The translations under genes and the position numbers were made by a program. Shown in pieces: positions 1-8,585 of a DNA stretch of 64,000 nt (positions are counted from its first letter, which is position 1; the number at the start of each line of letters is the position of its first letter). The stretch covers positions 32,001 to 96,000 of the IMG/VR virus record IMGVR_UViG_3300014205_000170; one strand, written 5' to 3'. The stretch comes from a virus (taxonomy: Duplodnaviria; Caudoviricetes). The notes beneath the pieces were generated by a model that did no database searches, had not been told where the DNA came from, and saw only the letters and a program-made list of their open reading frames with translations.

Positions 1-35
1 CAACCAGGCTCCAGTTCTTTTTTAATTACAGGTAG

Positions 36-68
36 TGTAACACCATTAATATATTCATCGTATAGTAC
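36..68 (+). promoter_or_regulatory. ECF-type promoter, class I (TGTAAC-N17-CGTATAGTAC)
   Basis: TGTAAC 36-41, 17-nt spacer, CGTATAGTAC 59-68, upstream of ORF 86. Confidence 0.85.
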
Positions 69-85
69 CTTATAAAAACAAACAC

Positions 86-466
86 ATGGACAAATTCTTA
101 TATATTGACGAAGGACAAGATAACGGTACTCTTTTAGCCCAAGACGGCGGCATAGCTATTATATGGTATAATGAAGAACATATGGTTGCGCAATGTTATC
201 GCGAACGTCTTGAAGCAGCTCAAATCAAAATTGGATACGAACACGCCTTTCAATATATGGCTGGTCGCAGCTCTAATTCATCTTTAATGGATTATGAAGA
301 TGACGATGAAATTAAAGATGAACACCTAGAAGAAATGGCCAATTGGCTGGTATGTCCGAGAGAAGGAAACTTCTTAGAGAATGTAACAAGAATAGATTCT
401 ACCAAAATATCTTCGGAAGAATTAGATAAAATCGTTCAGGAATTTTTAAAAGATGTAACAGAATAA
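86..466 (+). CDS. hypothetical protein
   Basis: ORF track; downstream of class I promoter. Confidence 0.8.
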   Translation: MDKFLYIDEGQDNGTLLAQDGGIAIIWYNEEHMVAQCYRERLEAAQIKIGYEHAFQYMAGRSSNSSLMDYEDDDEIKDEHLEEMANWLVCPREGNFLENVTRIDSTKISSEELDKIVQEFLKDVTE

Positions 467-486
467 TAAATAAGCTCGTATAGTAC
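454..486 (+). promoter_or_regulatory. ECF-type promoter, class I
   Basis: TGTAAC 454-459, N17, CGTATAGTAC 477-486. Confidence 0.85.
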
Positions 487-489
487 ATT

Positions 490-639
490 ATGAAACACAA
501 TTATATGAATAAGAAAGTCATGTTAGGTATTAAAGCCGGTATTGTACTTATAGCTATCGTTGTGATTTTAATAATGGTAAAAACCAAAGTTGATGGCAAA
601 GATGTTGTAATAAGAAAAGGATATAACCACACAAAATAA
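490..639 (+). CDS. small membrane protein (49 aa, not in ORF track)
   Basis: ATG 490 to TAA 639, MKHNYMNKKVMLGIKAGIVLIAIVVILIMVK..., one hydrophobic helix; fills the gap behind a promoter. Confidence 0.6.
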   Translation: MKHNYMNKKVMLGIKAGIVLIAIVVILIMVKTKVDGKDVVIRKGYNHTK

Positions 640-648
640 ACCAATAAT

Positions 649-1614
649 ATGAAAATCATTTTATTTCAAAAACACATACATGCTACTAACAGCTCTTATG
701 CTAGTGGTGATGCTTGGCTTTCAGTGGAAACCACAGAAGATAAGCTGGATTTTAAAATTTCAGAAGGACGTAGAATTCTTTCTGAAAAATTTCCGATGAT
801 TAATAATGAGATGGTTGAAAGTTTAGAAGGAGATGAATTGTTTTTATGTGTGTCTCTTCAATCAGATAAAACATTTTATCATAAATCAGCAGGATTTGGT
901 CGGGATAATTTTAGTAAGACACCTGAATTTCAAGAACTTGTTCAATCTTACATGAAGAAAGGTTTTAAGCCAAAAGATTCAACAACATCATTAAATGAAT
1001 ACCTAGAACGCTACAAGACAAGAGAACGAGACAGAAAACAAGCTGAAGGTATTGTTTTATGGATGGATTATGATGAATACAAAACTAAGCCGGAGTTATA
1101 TCAAGGTGGATTTTCTACTATGGTGTTTAAATCTAAAGAATTAAAAAGATACGTTGAGAGTGGTGGCGCATTTGGCTGGATTGGAGACAGCAGTGTAAGA
1201 AAGAAATGGCATGACGAACTTATTGAGGCAGGTTTACATGAACGTGGTGTACCACCAAGCATAATGTATAATTGGATTTCTTCCGGAGACGGAAGACATT
1301 TTGCAGATAGTTTGGAGGGTCTTTCAGATGAAGAACAAAAAGAAAAAATTGAGGGTCATTTAAACTATATGTTTAACTTGTGTTTTATTTATGGTTGTCC
1401 AGCTCATGAAGGCACTTATTCTTCAACGGTAAAAATCTCAGAGAAATATTCAAAAGACGGCATACTTCTCCCTACGGATAAACCTTTTAATAAAAAAGCT
1501 CATACAAAAAAGTTATTGGCCTTATATGAAAAATTATCTCAACAAGATTCATTAGATAAAGATGAAAAATATGTTTTTGAATTTGCTAAGGAAGTTTTTT
1601 TAAATCAAGTGTAA
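649..1614 (+). CDS. hypothetical protein
   Basis: 321-aa ORF. Confidence 0.85.
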   Translation: MKIILFQKHIHATNSSYASGDAWLSVETTEDKLDFKISEGRRILSEKFPMINNEMVESLEGDELFLCVSLQSDKTFYHKSAGFGRDNFSKTPEFQELVQSYMKKGFKPKDSTTSLNEYLERYKTRERDRKQAEGIVLWMDYDEYKTKPELYQGGFSTMVFKSKELKRYVESGGAFGWIGDSSVRKKWHDELIEAGLHERGVPPSIMYNWISSGDGRHFADSLEGLSDEEQKEKIEGHLNYMFNLCFIYGCPAHEGTYSSTVKISEKYSKDGILLPTDKPFNKKAHTKKLLALYEKLSQQDSLDKDEKYVFEFAKEVFLNQV

Positions 1615-1642
1615 CAGTTCTCCCTTTTAATTCGTATAGTAC
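1610..1642 (+). promoter_or_regulatory. ECF-type promoter, class I
   Basis: TGTAAC 1610-1615, N17, CGTATAGTAC 1633-1642. Confidence 0.85.
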
Positions 1643-1665
1643 ATTAAATCAATAAATATAAAACC

Positions 1666-2292
1666 ATGAGTACAAGAGGAGCAGTATTAATCGCGCAAAA
1701 AGGTAAAATCAAAGGATTTTACAATCATTCAGATTCGTATCCAGGTGGACTTGGAGAACACATCATTAAAGCATTAAAAAACATTGAAAAGAGCAAAGGT
1801 GGTTGGGAACAGTTTAAAGAAAATTGCCTTAAAGTTAAATTGGTAAGAGAGGATGCTAAGCCATCAAAAGAATTACAAGAGCGCTATGTAGGCTATTCTG
1901 ATACCGGTGTAAGTACTGGTACATTAGAAGAATGGTATTGCCTCTTACGTAATCTACAAGGTGTACAATATCTCAAAGAGATACATAAAGGAAAGGTTGA
2001 ACATATGGTAGATTCAAGTAGCTTTCCTAAAGATTCTTTATTCTGTGAGTATGCTTATGTGATTGACCTTGATAAAATGGTTTTAGAATTTTACAAAGGC
2101 TTTCAAGAAGTTCCTCAAAAAGGAAACAGATTTGGCGTAAAACCAGATAAATCCGAACACAGAACAACGGTATATTATCCTTGTGCCAAAGTTGGAGAGA
2201 TACATTTAATAGGTATTTCAACAGACAGAAAGACTATTAAAACAATGCGAGAGCTTTATGCAAAGGTTGAAGAAGAAGAGGTAGAAAATTAA
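1666..2292 (+). CDS. conserved phage hypothetical protein
   Basis: MSTRG...YNHSDSYPGGLG and CEYAYVIDLD patterns resemble a widespread phage family. Confidence 0.8.
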   Translation: MSTRGAVLIAQKGKIKGFYNHSDSYPGGLGEHIIKALKNIEKSKGGWEQFKENCLKVKLVREDAKPSKELQERYVGYSDTGVSTGTLEEWYCLLRNLQGVQYLKEIHKGKVEHMVDSSSFPKDSLFCEYAYVIDLDKMVLEFYKGFQEVPQKGNRFGVKPDKSEHRTTVYYPCAKVGEIHLIGISTDRKTIKTMRELYAKVEEEEVEN

Positions 2293-2311
2293 TACATCAC
2301 TCTAGACATTT

Positions 2312-2345
2312 AAAATCCAGATATCAAAACATCTGGATTTTTTTT
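2312..2345 (+). terminator. rho-independent terminator
   Basis: AAAATCCAGAT/ATCTGGATTTT inverted repeat followed by T run. Confidence 0.85.
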
Positions 2346-2417
2346 ATTCGCAAAAGTTACTCACACTTCTTGGAATTGAGAAAATAATCTCTACCTTGCA
2401 CTAATTCTTACCAAAAG

Positions 2418-2450
2418 TGTAACAGGTTACAATGGTTTTACGTATAGTAC
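2418..2450 (+). promoter_or_regulatory. ECF-type promoter, class I
   Basis: TGTAAC 2418-2423, N17, CGTATAGTAC 2441-2450. Confidence 0.85.
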
Positions 2451-2479
2451 ATAAAGAAGAAGAGCAAGAATCATACTGT

Positions 2480-3484
2480 ATGAATAAAGACGATAATAAT
2501 CAAAACCTATATAGACAGTTTCCAAACTGGCTTGAATGGGCTACACATACAGATAAATTCAAATTCTTTGAAAAAAAATATGACAGCTATGACTTCTTAA
2601 TGGAATATGCTGATGTATTCAATATCTATCCGGCCAGAACAGAACAGCCAAATCCTTTCTCTCCTAAAGTAATGTACATCATCGACACCTTAAATAAGTT
2701 CGATGTAAAATACACAGTAGACATATTTGGATATGATGGATATAAAGTATTCTGGTCTAACACTGCTGATAGTCACAAGCTCGTTAACATCATAGTTGAA
2801 CCGAATCCAAACGCAACAGGACCAGCTATCGTATTCTGTGCACACCATGACGTAGCAAATCCTCGTTCGAACAATTGCCAAGATAATGGTGCTAGTGTTT
2901 GTAATTTACTTAAACTCACCAATTTAATAAAAGAATCTAAAGAAAACCTTCAACGTACAATTATTCTTTTCTCTGACTGTGAAGAGTCAGGTGCAAAAGG
3001 TGCTGGAAAATTCGCAAAGGATTCTACCAAAACAGATAATCCAAATATTATCAAACATAATAAGTTTGGTGAAATATCAGGAGTTGTAAATCTTGAATTA
3101 ACCGGCCTAGGAGACGTTATATGGACAGATTGCCATAATAATGAACAAGACATCACCTTACATCAAAAACTCGAAGCAACAAAGAAAGAAAAGCTTATTA
3201 AGCTGAGTACTCCTCCGAGCGATGTTATTGCTTTTAGAACAAGCAAGTTTCCGGCATTATGTATTGGAATTCTCCCTAAAGAAGATTTAAAAGACCGCAA
3301 AACTTGGAGACTATGTCATTCAATGGAAGACACCATTGAAAAATGTAACCGTAAAAACATGGAGGATTTTACCAACTTCCTTCTTGATTTGACCAAAATC
3401 GAAACCACAGAAAACCAAAATACCAACAAGGAACATGATACTGATAACGGAGCAAACAAAACCGCCGGGACTATGCAAACTTAA
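2480..3484 (+). CDS. M28 family metallopeptidase
   Basis: AHHD, QDNGAS, DCEESG and C-terminal HSMED zinc-ligand motifs; start moved from 2432 to ATG 2480 because a promoter overlaps 2432-2450. Confidence 0.85.
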   Translation: MNKDDNNQNLYRQFPNWLEWATHTDKFKFFEKKYDSYDFLMEYADVFNIYPARTEQPNPFSPKVMYIIDTLNKFDVKYTVDIFGYDGYKVFWSNTADSHKLVNIIVEPNPNATGPAIVFCAHHDVANPRSNNCQDNGASVCNLLKLTNLIKESKENLQRTIILFSDCEESGAKGAGKFAKDSTKTDNPNIIKHNKFGEISGVVNLELTGLGDVIWTDCHNNEQDITLHQKLEATKKEKLIKLSTPPSDVIAFRTSKFPALCIGILPKEDLKDRKTWRLCHSMEDTIEKCNRKNMEDFTNFLLDLTKIETTENQNTNKEHDTDNGANKTAGTMQT

Positions 3485-4319
3485 AGGATGTAACAACAAA
3501 GTAAAAAATAGCAAACGAGTATTCTGCTCAAGAGATTGTTGTAAAAAACATAAGGGAGAAAAAATACCCAAGTGTTCGAATCCAAGCTGCATTAAAAAAG
3601 TAAAAAGAGGACGAAATTTATATTGTTCTTGGACTTGCTATAAAGAACACAACGACGTTCATGCACATGAAAACTGTCAGAGACAGGGTTGTGAATCAAA
3701 ATTAATATCGCGTAAAAGCACACGGAAATACTGTTCTCAGAAGTGTTACCGGTTGGACCATCCAAATAGGCCAACAAGAAAAAAAATCCGCACCTGCACT
3801 CTCCCTGGATGTAATAAACAAATACGTCGTCGAGGTAATGGACGAAAATTCTGTTCAGTCGATTGTTCAGTAAAAGCCAGGAAGAAACTTAAATCAATAC
3901 TTTGCCCAACCTGTGATAACCAATTCTCCCCCAAGCGTTTTCGCCAGATATATTGCTCAGCAAAATGCAGAAAAGAAAATAAAGAATTTTGTCTTAAAAC
4001 GACCACTTTTGGTAACGTAAGAAGGTTCGTAAAGGTTAATAAAAAATGGAAGTTGGCTGCACTTGTTACATGGGAAACACACCATGGTGATGTTCCGCAA
4101 GGAAAGTCAATTTGGTTTAAAGATAATGAGTCATTTAATGATTTGGAAATCAGTAATTTATATCTGATAGAACACAAAGAATTTATCGCTCTTTCTAAGA
4201 AAAATTCACACAACCAGCTAGAAGAAGATGAAAATACATCAACTTACTCTCAAAGGATTGTTGAACCGGACCAAAATAATAAAGAAAAGTTCTTTGACCA
4301 CAAGCAAGAATTTTTCTAG
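3435..4319 (+). CDS. tandem Cys-rich zinc-finger protein with degenerate HNH-like C-terminal domain
   Basis: five Cx2-4C...[FY]CSxxC repeats; WETHHGDVPQGKSIWFKD...ISNLYLI resembles HNH. Confidence 0.7.
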   Translation: MILITEQTKPPGLCKLKGCNNKVKNSKRVFCSRDCCKKHKGEKIPKCSNPSCIKKVKRGRNLYCSWTCYKEHNDVHAHENCQRQGCESKLISRKSTRKYCSQKCYRLDHPNRPTRKKIRTCTLPGCNKQIRRRGNGRKFCSVDCSVKARKKLKSILCPTCDNQFSPKRFRQIYCSAKCRKENKEFCLKTTTFGNVRRFVKVNKKWKLAALVTWETHHGDVPQGKSIWFKDNESFNDLEISNLYLIEHKEFIALSKKNSHNQLEEDENTSTYSQRIVEPDQNNKEKFFDHKQEFF

Positions 4320-4323
4320 AAAA

Positions 4324-4356
4324 TGTAACAATTCTTATTAAAATTTCGTATAGTAT
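4324..4356 (+). promoter_or_regulatory. ECF-type promoter, class I
   Basis: TGTAAC 4324-4329, N17, CGTATAGTAT 4347-4356. Confidence 0.8.
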
Positions 4357-4373
4357 ATTATAGGCTTACACTT

Positions 4374-4616
4374 ATGAACACATACTTTATTGCCATTTTC
4401 AGTCATTATGATGCAGTTAACAAATTACATGTTATAATTGCAAAAAATCATGTTGATGCGGCAAAACAAGCGATTCTACTTAACACAGCAGAACAACATA
4501 GGACTGATACCTATAAAGAGTGGATAGATAAACTCGGAGACTCTGTTGGAGACATAACAAAGAACGCAGCATTAAGTGGTTTGGTTATAAGTGAAGCATT
4601 AGTAATTGAACCGTAA
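4374..4616 (+). CDS. hypothetical protein
   Basis: ORF behind promoter. Confidence 0.75.
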   Translation: MNTYFIAIFSHYDAVNKLHVIIAKNHVDAAKQAILLNTAEQHRTDTYKEWIDKLGDSVGDITKNAALSGLVISEALVIEP

Positions 4617-4619
4617 CTT

Positions 4620-5120
4620 ATGGAAGGAAAAGATTTTTATTTTCAAATGGTGAATGAAGCATCAGGAACTATTTTTTATATTACACCAAAAAAGTACTAT
4701 GATACCGAAGGTTGTTTATCTGATGAATCTGGAGTAGCTAATGCAATTGTACCGAAAGGATTTTACGAACTACAAGAATCAACCTATCAATTTGAAGGCA
4801 GTTCTGATACCGGTAAAAGCCTTCTTGTATCACTTGAAATGATTGAGATTGATTTTGGTCTTCATACACCAGCCACACCAATGAATGGTAATCAAAATAA
4901 TGACATTGAAGAAGAATATACAGAAGAACATGAATATGATGACCTGGATACACTTCTTGAAGATAAACTTCCCGGTGATGAAATTGACCCGTTAGATTAT
5001 AAGAACACTTCAACGGCAAAACTTTTACGACATATCAAAATGATGTTACGTACTGAAAGTTTTGAGGAAGCAGAAAAAATAAAAACAGAGTTACACAGCA
5101 GAGGTGTAACAGAATTTTAA
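4620..5120 (+). CDS. hypothetical protein with C-terminal UVR (UvrB/UvrC)-like helix
   Basis: acidic linker then MLRTESFEEAEKIKTEL. Confidence 0.7.
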   Translation: MEGKDFYFQMVNEASGTIFYITPKKYYDTEGCLSDESGVANAIVPKGFYELQESTYQFEGSSDTGKSLLVSLEMIEIDFGLHTPATPMNGNQNNDIEEEYTEEHEYDDLDTLLEDKLPGDEIDPLDYKNTSTAKLLRHIKMMLRTESFEEAEKIKTELHSRGVTEF

Positions 5121-5131
5121 AAAACAAAAAC

Positions 5132-5362
5132 ATGTCAAAAAACAAATTAGAATTAGCATTCAAACAAATGCTATCAAAGAAAAAAGTAGGTCTATCGAAA
5201 AAAGGTGTTCTAGTATTAGAAGCATCCAAAAAAGGAATTTCTAAAACCAAACCTACCATCATTTCAATTCACGCAAACGATAAAGTTGATTTATCATTTG
5301 ATGAAAAAAAAGGATTTAATATTTTCCACGGAGTATCTGTGGATTGTTTGAAATTAAAATAA
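5132..5362 (+). CDS. hypothetical protein
   Basis: ORF in operon spacing. Confidence 0.7.
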   Translation: MSKNKLELAFKQMLSKKKVGLSKKGVLVLEASKKGISKTKPTIISIHANDKVDLSFDEKKGFNIFHGVSVDCLKLK

Positions 5363-5374
5363 TTACAACACAAA

Positions 5375-5490
5375 ACCGACCCAATAAGAGGTGGATGGCG
5401 TAAAGTGAACCTTGTAACAACGGTGACCAAACCAGAGTTATAAGGGAAAACGGTGAAAGCTGAGGCGGGTGCTACCTTGAGTGCAAAATG
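5375..5490 (+). ncRNA. candidate structured RNA
   Basis: GC-richer intergenic stretch; CCTTGTAAC 5410-5418 pairs with GTTATAAGG 5437-5445, enclosing GGT/ACC. Confidence 0.35.
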
Positions 5491-5496
5491 TAATAC

Positions 5497-5585
5497 GGAG
5501 ATTTAGCTCAGTGGGTAGAGCGGCTTCATCAGGGATACGAAAGTTGACCGGGGGTGCGTCGGTGGTTCGAATCCATCAGTCTCTA
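5497..5585 (+). tRNA. tRNA-like RNA with abnormal anticodon arm (isotype undetermined)
   Basis: acceptor GGAGATT/AGTCTCT, D-arm GCTC-AGTGGGTA-GAGC, T-arm GGTGG-TTCGAAT-CCATC; anticodon loop 23 nt. Confidence 0.7.
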
Positions 5586-5591
5586 CAAAAG

Positions 5592-5624
5592 TGTAACACC
5601 TTTCTTTTTTAATTCGTATAGTAC
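5592..5624 (+). promoter_or_regulatory. ECF-type promoter, class I
   Basis: TGTAAC 5592-5597, N17, CGTATAGTAC 5615-5624. Confidence 0.85.
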
Positions 5625-5639
5625 CTAAAAATATAACAC

Positions 5640-6176
5640 ATGGGAAAAGAATATTTGGTACAACCAGCACTTTATGCTGAAAGACTCGCAGACTACAAAA
5701 AAGGAGAATCCATTAACAATAAATGGAAACCTATTTCACAGAAAGTAGCATATAAAGGATCTACTAATGGATTTTGCGGCAATATCGCGATGAATCTTGG
5801 AGTAAATTCCAAAACAAAAAAAATCAAATTTTTTACAAATTTGGATTTCGGGAAAGGATATGCTCATTTGTATGAGACTATCTCAGCAGCTCTTCTTTTA
5901 TATCGTCTCATTTGTTTAATAAAACAACCTATTGTAACTTCTGAAGGTGCAGAAGGTTATAAAGTGCCTTGGGTAATATTTTTAAAACATTTTGAAACTG
6001 GAGAAATACTTGGTATAAGCGAATGGAAAGGAGCAGTTACTTTGAAATCAAGATTTCATTCTGTTAAAGAATTACCGGAGTCTTACAAAAAAGACATGAC
6101 CGAATTACTCAATTTGGTTTTTAGTAATAAGTCTCCACATCCTTACGATGACACAACAGCAGGTTCAGTAGCATAA
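5640..6176 (+). CDS. hypothetical protein
   Basis: 178-aa ORF behind promoter. Confidence 0.8.
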   Translation: MGKEYLVQPALYAERLADYKKGESINNKWKPISQKVAYKGSTNGFCGNIAMNLGVNSKTKKIKFFTNLDFGKGYAHLYETISAALLLYRLICLIKQPIVTSEGAEGYKVPWVIFLKHFETGEILGISEWKGAVTLKSRFHSVKELPESYKKDMTELLNLVFSNKSPHPYDDTTAGSVA

Positions 6177-6177
6177 C

Positions 6178-6210
6178 CGTAACACCTTTCATATTTAATT
6201 CGTATAGTAC
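6178..6210 (+). promoter_or_regulatory. ECF-type promoter, class I
   Basis: CGTAAC 6178-6183, N17, CGTATAGTAC 6201-6210. Confidence 0.85.
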
Positions 6211-6213
6211 AAT

Positions 6214-6456
6214 ATGGGAAAGACAACTAAAAAATACAAAGGCAAAACCTATAAGGCTAAAGACCGAAAGAAGACCAAAGAAAAGAAATACTTTGGACAA
6301 ACAGATGGAGCACACTCAAGAAGTGAAAATCCTCAGCCAAAAAAAGGTGAAGATTTTATAAAATACGGTTGGCCTCTTGAACTTCGTAAAGGTAAAGTTC
6401 TAAAGAATCTTCAAAAGGAACGCGACGCTGATAAACAAATTAAAGAAGCAAAGTAA
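6214..6456 (+). CDS. small basic hypothetical protein
   Basis: Lys-rich ORF, ATG 3 nt after promoter -10 box. Confidence 0.75.
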   Translation: MGKTTKKYKGKTYKAKDRKKTKEKKYFGQTDGAHSRSENPQPKKGEDFIKYGWPLELRKGKVLKNLQKERDADKQIKEAK

Positions 6457-6878
6457 TGTCAAAACCTATTTTTCATGCAGAGTCAAGCGCTCGTAGATTC
6501 GGTGGTAAAGCCGAAGACTACATGGACATCCACAACTTAATGGATAGTTCAAAAGGCGCAATCGCTGATAATAGACACAGGGCTTTGACACATAACTCTT
6601 GGTTCATCAGTACTATTATAGAAAAGGTGTTTGGATTTTACATCATCAACTCAGCCGGTAACAAAGTATCTACCCGCGATGTGGCCGAGCAGCATGTATT
6701 AGAAGACTTTGGAGGACAGTACATCCCAACAGCTCAGGATTATCTTCAGGAGATTGAGATTCAACCCTGGATGAGCAATGGAATAGGAGAGAAACCGTCA
6801 TCAGCAAAGAAATTAAAAGGAGTTAAAGCATTACAAACAACAAAAATATCACGTTCTCTAATTCATATATCAGACTAA
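6456..6878 (+). CDS. DUF6915-like protein
   Basis: HAESSARRFGG..DY..IH...DSSK....DNRHRALTH and AEQHVLED patterns. Confidence 0.7.
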   Translation: MSKPIFHAESSARRFGGKAEDYMDIHNLMDSSKGAIADNRHRALTHNSWFISTIIEKVFGFYIINSAGNKVSTRDVAEQHVLEDFGGQYIPTAQDYLQEIEIQPWMSNGIGEKPSSAKKLKGVKALQTTKISRSLIHISD

Positions 6879-6885
6879 TAACACC

Positions 6886-7344
6886 ATGGCAAAGAAAGTA
6901 GCAAAAAAGAAACCGGTAAAGAAAACAACCAAGAAGGCAGCTCCAGCTCCAGAAACAATATTCGTGATTGTAGAAGGTAAATTTGAATATGATGATGAAG
7001 GTGGATATGATAAAAAAGACTCCGTGCAAATTAATGGATATAAGAAAAGAGAAAAAGCAGAAGAAGTTTGTGCAGCAAAGAATATTAAATGGTTAAGAGA
7101 AAATAATGTCCGTTCATATGCTTATAATTTAAAGTATGATGATAAAGGAAAAACTTTTTATAACCTAAAGTGGACAGTTGAAGATATAGCAAAGGGCACA
7201 ATTAAAGGAAATGAGGAAGACCGGTATTCTGAGGTTATAATTAAGCTTCCAGATAACACAAAATTTTCACATGTCCTTGAAGTGTTTAAAGCAATGGGAA
7301 TGGAACCATACTTTCAAGTTCAGGAACTAGAAATGGTGGATTGA
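6886..7344 (+). CDS. hypothetical protein with Lys/Ala-rich N-terminus
   Basis: MAKKVAKKKPVKKTTKKAAPA. Confidence 0.8.
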   Translation: MAKKVAKKKPVKKTTKKAAPAPETIFVIVEGKFEYDDEGGYDKKDSVQINGYKKREKAEEVCAAKNIKWLRENNVRSYAYNLKYDDKGKTFYNLKWTVEDIAKGTIKGNEEDRYSEVIIKLPDNTKFSHVLEVFKAMGMEPYFQVQELEMVD

Positions 7345-7362
7345 GAAAAATTTTCAACAAAG

Positions 7363-7391
7363 TGTAACAAATTGATACTGGTTCCGTTAAA
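7363..7391 (+). promoter_or_regulatory. ECF-type promoter, class II (GTAAC-N16-CGTT)
   Basis: TGTAAC 7363-7368, N16, CGTTAAA from 7385. Confidence 0.7.
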
Positions 7392-7402
7392 AAAATCGGA
7401 AC

Positions 7403-7645
7403 ATGTATTTAATAGGAGCAATATTAATCGTGGCGTGTATTCTTATATACTTCGCCATCAAACTAGCCTTCAAGTTTAATAGACTAAAAAAGGCCAGGGA
7501 GCGCTACAACGGCGTTCATCTTGGGGAGATGACACATCATGATTTACCAAAAAACATCTCTGGTAAATACACTGGTTATTACCAAGATAAAAGAAAACAA
7601 TTAAAGGGAAAAAGTACTTATGGAAAAGAAGAAAAAAGAACTTGA
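7403..7645 (+). CDS. membrane-anchored hypothetical protein
   Basis: N-terminal hydrophobic helix. Confidence 0.7.
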   Translation: MYLIGAILIVACILIYFAIKLAFKFNRLKKARERYNGVHLGEMTHHDLPKNISGKYTGYYQDKRKQLKGKSTYGKEEKRT

Positions 7646-7829
7646 TGTTAAGAAATTAAAAACTGACATCCGTAACGCTGAACTGTATTTTACAAAAACC
7701 GGCGAAGACGCAAAAAATGCTTATAAAGCCTTAGAAGAAGAAATCACCGAGAATGATGTGGTGACCCAGACGATTTTCTTATACATCCCAGGTACCATTA
7801 AAGATATCTACGAAATATTTAAAAACTAA
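7620..7829 (+). CDS. hypothetical protein
   Basis: ORF; RITFIEK lies in frame just after its stop. Confidence 0.65.
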   Translation: MEKKKKELDVKKLKTDIRNAELYFTKTGEDAKNAYKALEEEITENDVVTQTIFLYIPGTIKDIYEIFKN

Positions 7830-7854
7830 AAAAGTATCCGGATTACATTTATAG

Positions 7855-7883
7855 AAAAGTCTCCCTTAAGAAAGGAGACTTTT
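7855..7883. terminator. bidirectional terminator between convergent gene blocks
   Basis: AAAAGTCTCC/GGAGACTTTT inverted repeat. Confidence 0.8.
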
Positions 7884-8378
7884 TCTTTGTGTATGTTTTT
7901 CTATTAATGTTAGTCTGACAGAGCGTCCGGTAACAATACTCATATTAGTAATCTCTTCCTGCGAATCTATTTGATGCATACGTAGACCATATAGCCCTTT
8001 AGAAACGTCAGGAACAAATCCTGTCCAAATAATATATTGTATCGGCTCGTCATAAAAGAAACAAAACTTTAACATGATTACACAAGTATCGCCACACATT
8101 CGCAAATGACATCCACCAATATAAGATAACGATTTTATATCTTCTTTTATAAGATATTCTTTTTCAAAATCTTCATGATTGTCATTTGTTTTATAATTAA
8201 CCAATTCTTTGTGTTGTGAAATTTTAAGTACCTTATATAACAAATGTTCAAAGACCGGCATCTCTTTATTTAATTCAACTACATTAAGAGGTTTAAATAA
8301 TCTAAAATCATGCTTATGTTTCGTATTAGATTTAAATCTTTCAAAGATTCGCCTTATGAAATTAAAGTATTGATACAC
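7866..8378 (-). CDS. hypothetical protein with EK-tag
   Basis: C-terminal RLTLIEK. Confidence 0.75.
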   Translation of the reverse strand: MYQYFNFIRRIFERFKSNTKHKHDFRLFKPLNVVELNKEMPVFEHLLYKVLKISQHKELVNYKTNDNHEDFEKEYLIKEDIKSLSYIGGCHLRMCGDTCVIMLKFCFFYDEPIQYIIWTGFVPDVSKGLYGLRMHQIDSQEEITNMSIVTGRSVRLTLIEKHTQRKSLLS

Positions 8379-8382
8379 ACTT

Positions 8383-8390
8383 CAAAGATA
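8383..8390 (-). promoter_or_regulatory. Bacteroidota-type -7 promoter element (TAnnTTTG)
   Basis: TATCTTTG on minus strand 4 nt before start codon 8378. Confidence 0.55.
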
Positions 8391-8392
8391 TG

Positions 8393-8426
8393 AAAAACCC
8401 ACCAAAGATTTCTCTAAGATGGGTTT
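8393..8426 (-). terminator. rho-independent terminator
   Basis: minus strand AAACCCATC...GGTGGGTTT then T run. Confidence 0.65.
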
Positions 8427-8552
8427 AAGTACACGGCCAAGAATATTTTAAAGCAAAAGGCCCACCGAAGTAAGTAGGGTCTGGAACACGAATCGTAGGA
8501 GCAAACAAACAATGCGGGAAACCCTGGTATACTATCTAGTGAGCCTTTCTAT
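8393..8552 (-). ncRNA. candidate small RNA (~160 nt)
   Basis: own promoter (8560-8585) and terminator; stems AAAGGCTCAC/GTGGGCCTTT and AGGGTT/GACCCT pair fully only on minus strand; no ATG ORF. Confidence 0.55.
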
Positions 8553-8555
8553 TAT

Positions 8556-8585
8556 CTTTAACGAAAAACCTCAACCCAAAGTTAC
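8556..8585 (-). promoter_or_regulatory. ECF-type promoter GTAAC-N17-CGTTAAAG overlapping terminator
   Basis: plus strand gttac 8581-8585 and aacg 8560-8563. Confidence 0.6.

Noticed and set aside
2432-2479. ORF-track start of the M28 peptidase (and similarly 43756)
   Set aside because: The start lies inside a promoter motif; downstream ATGs at 2480 and 43792 fit better.
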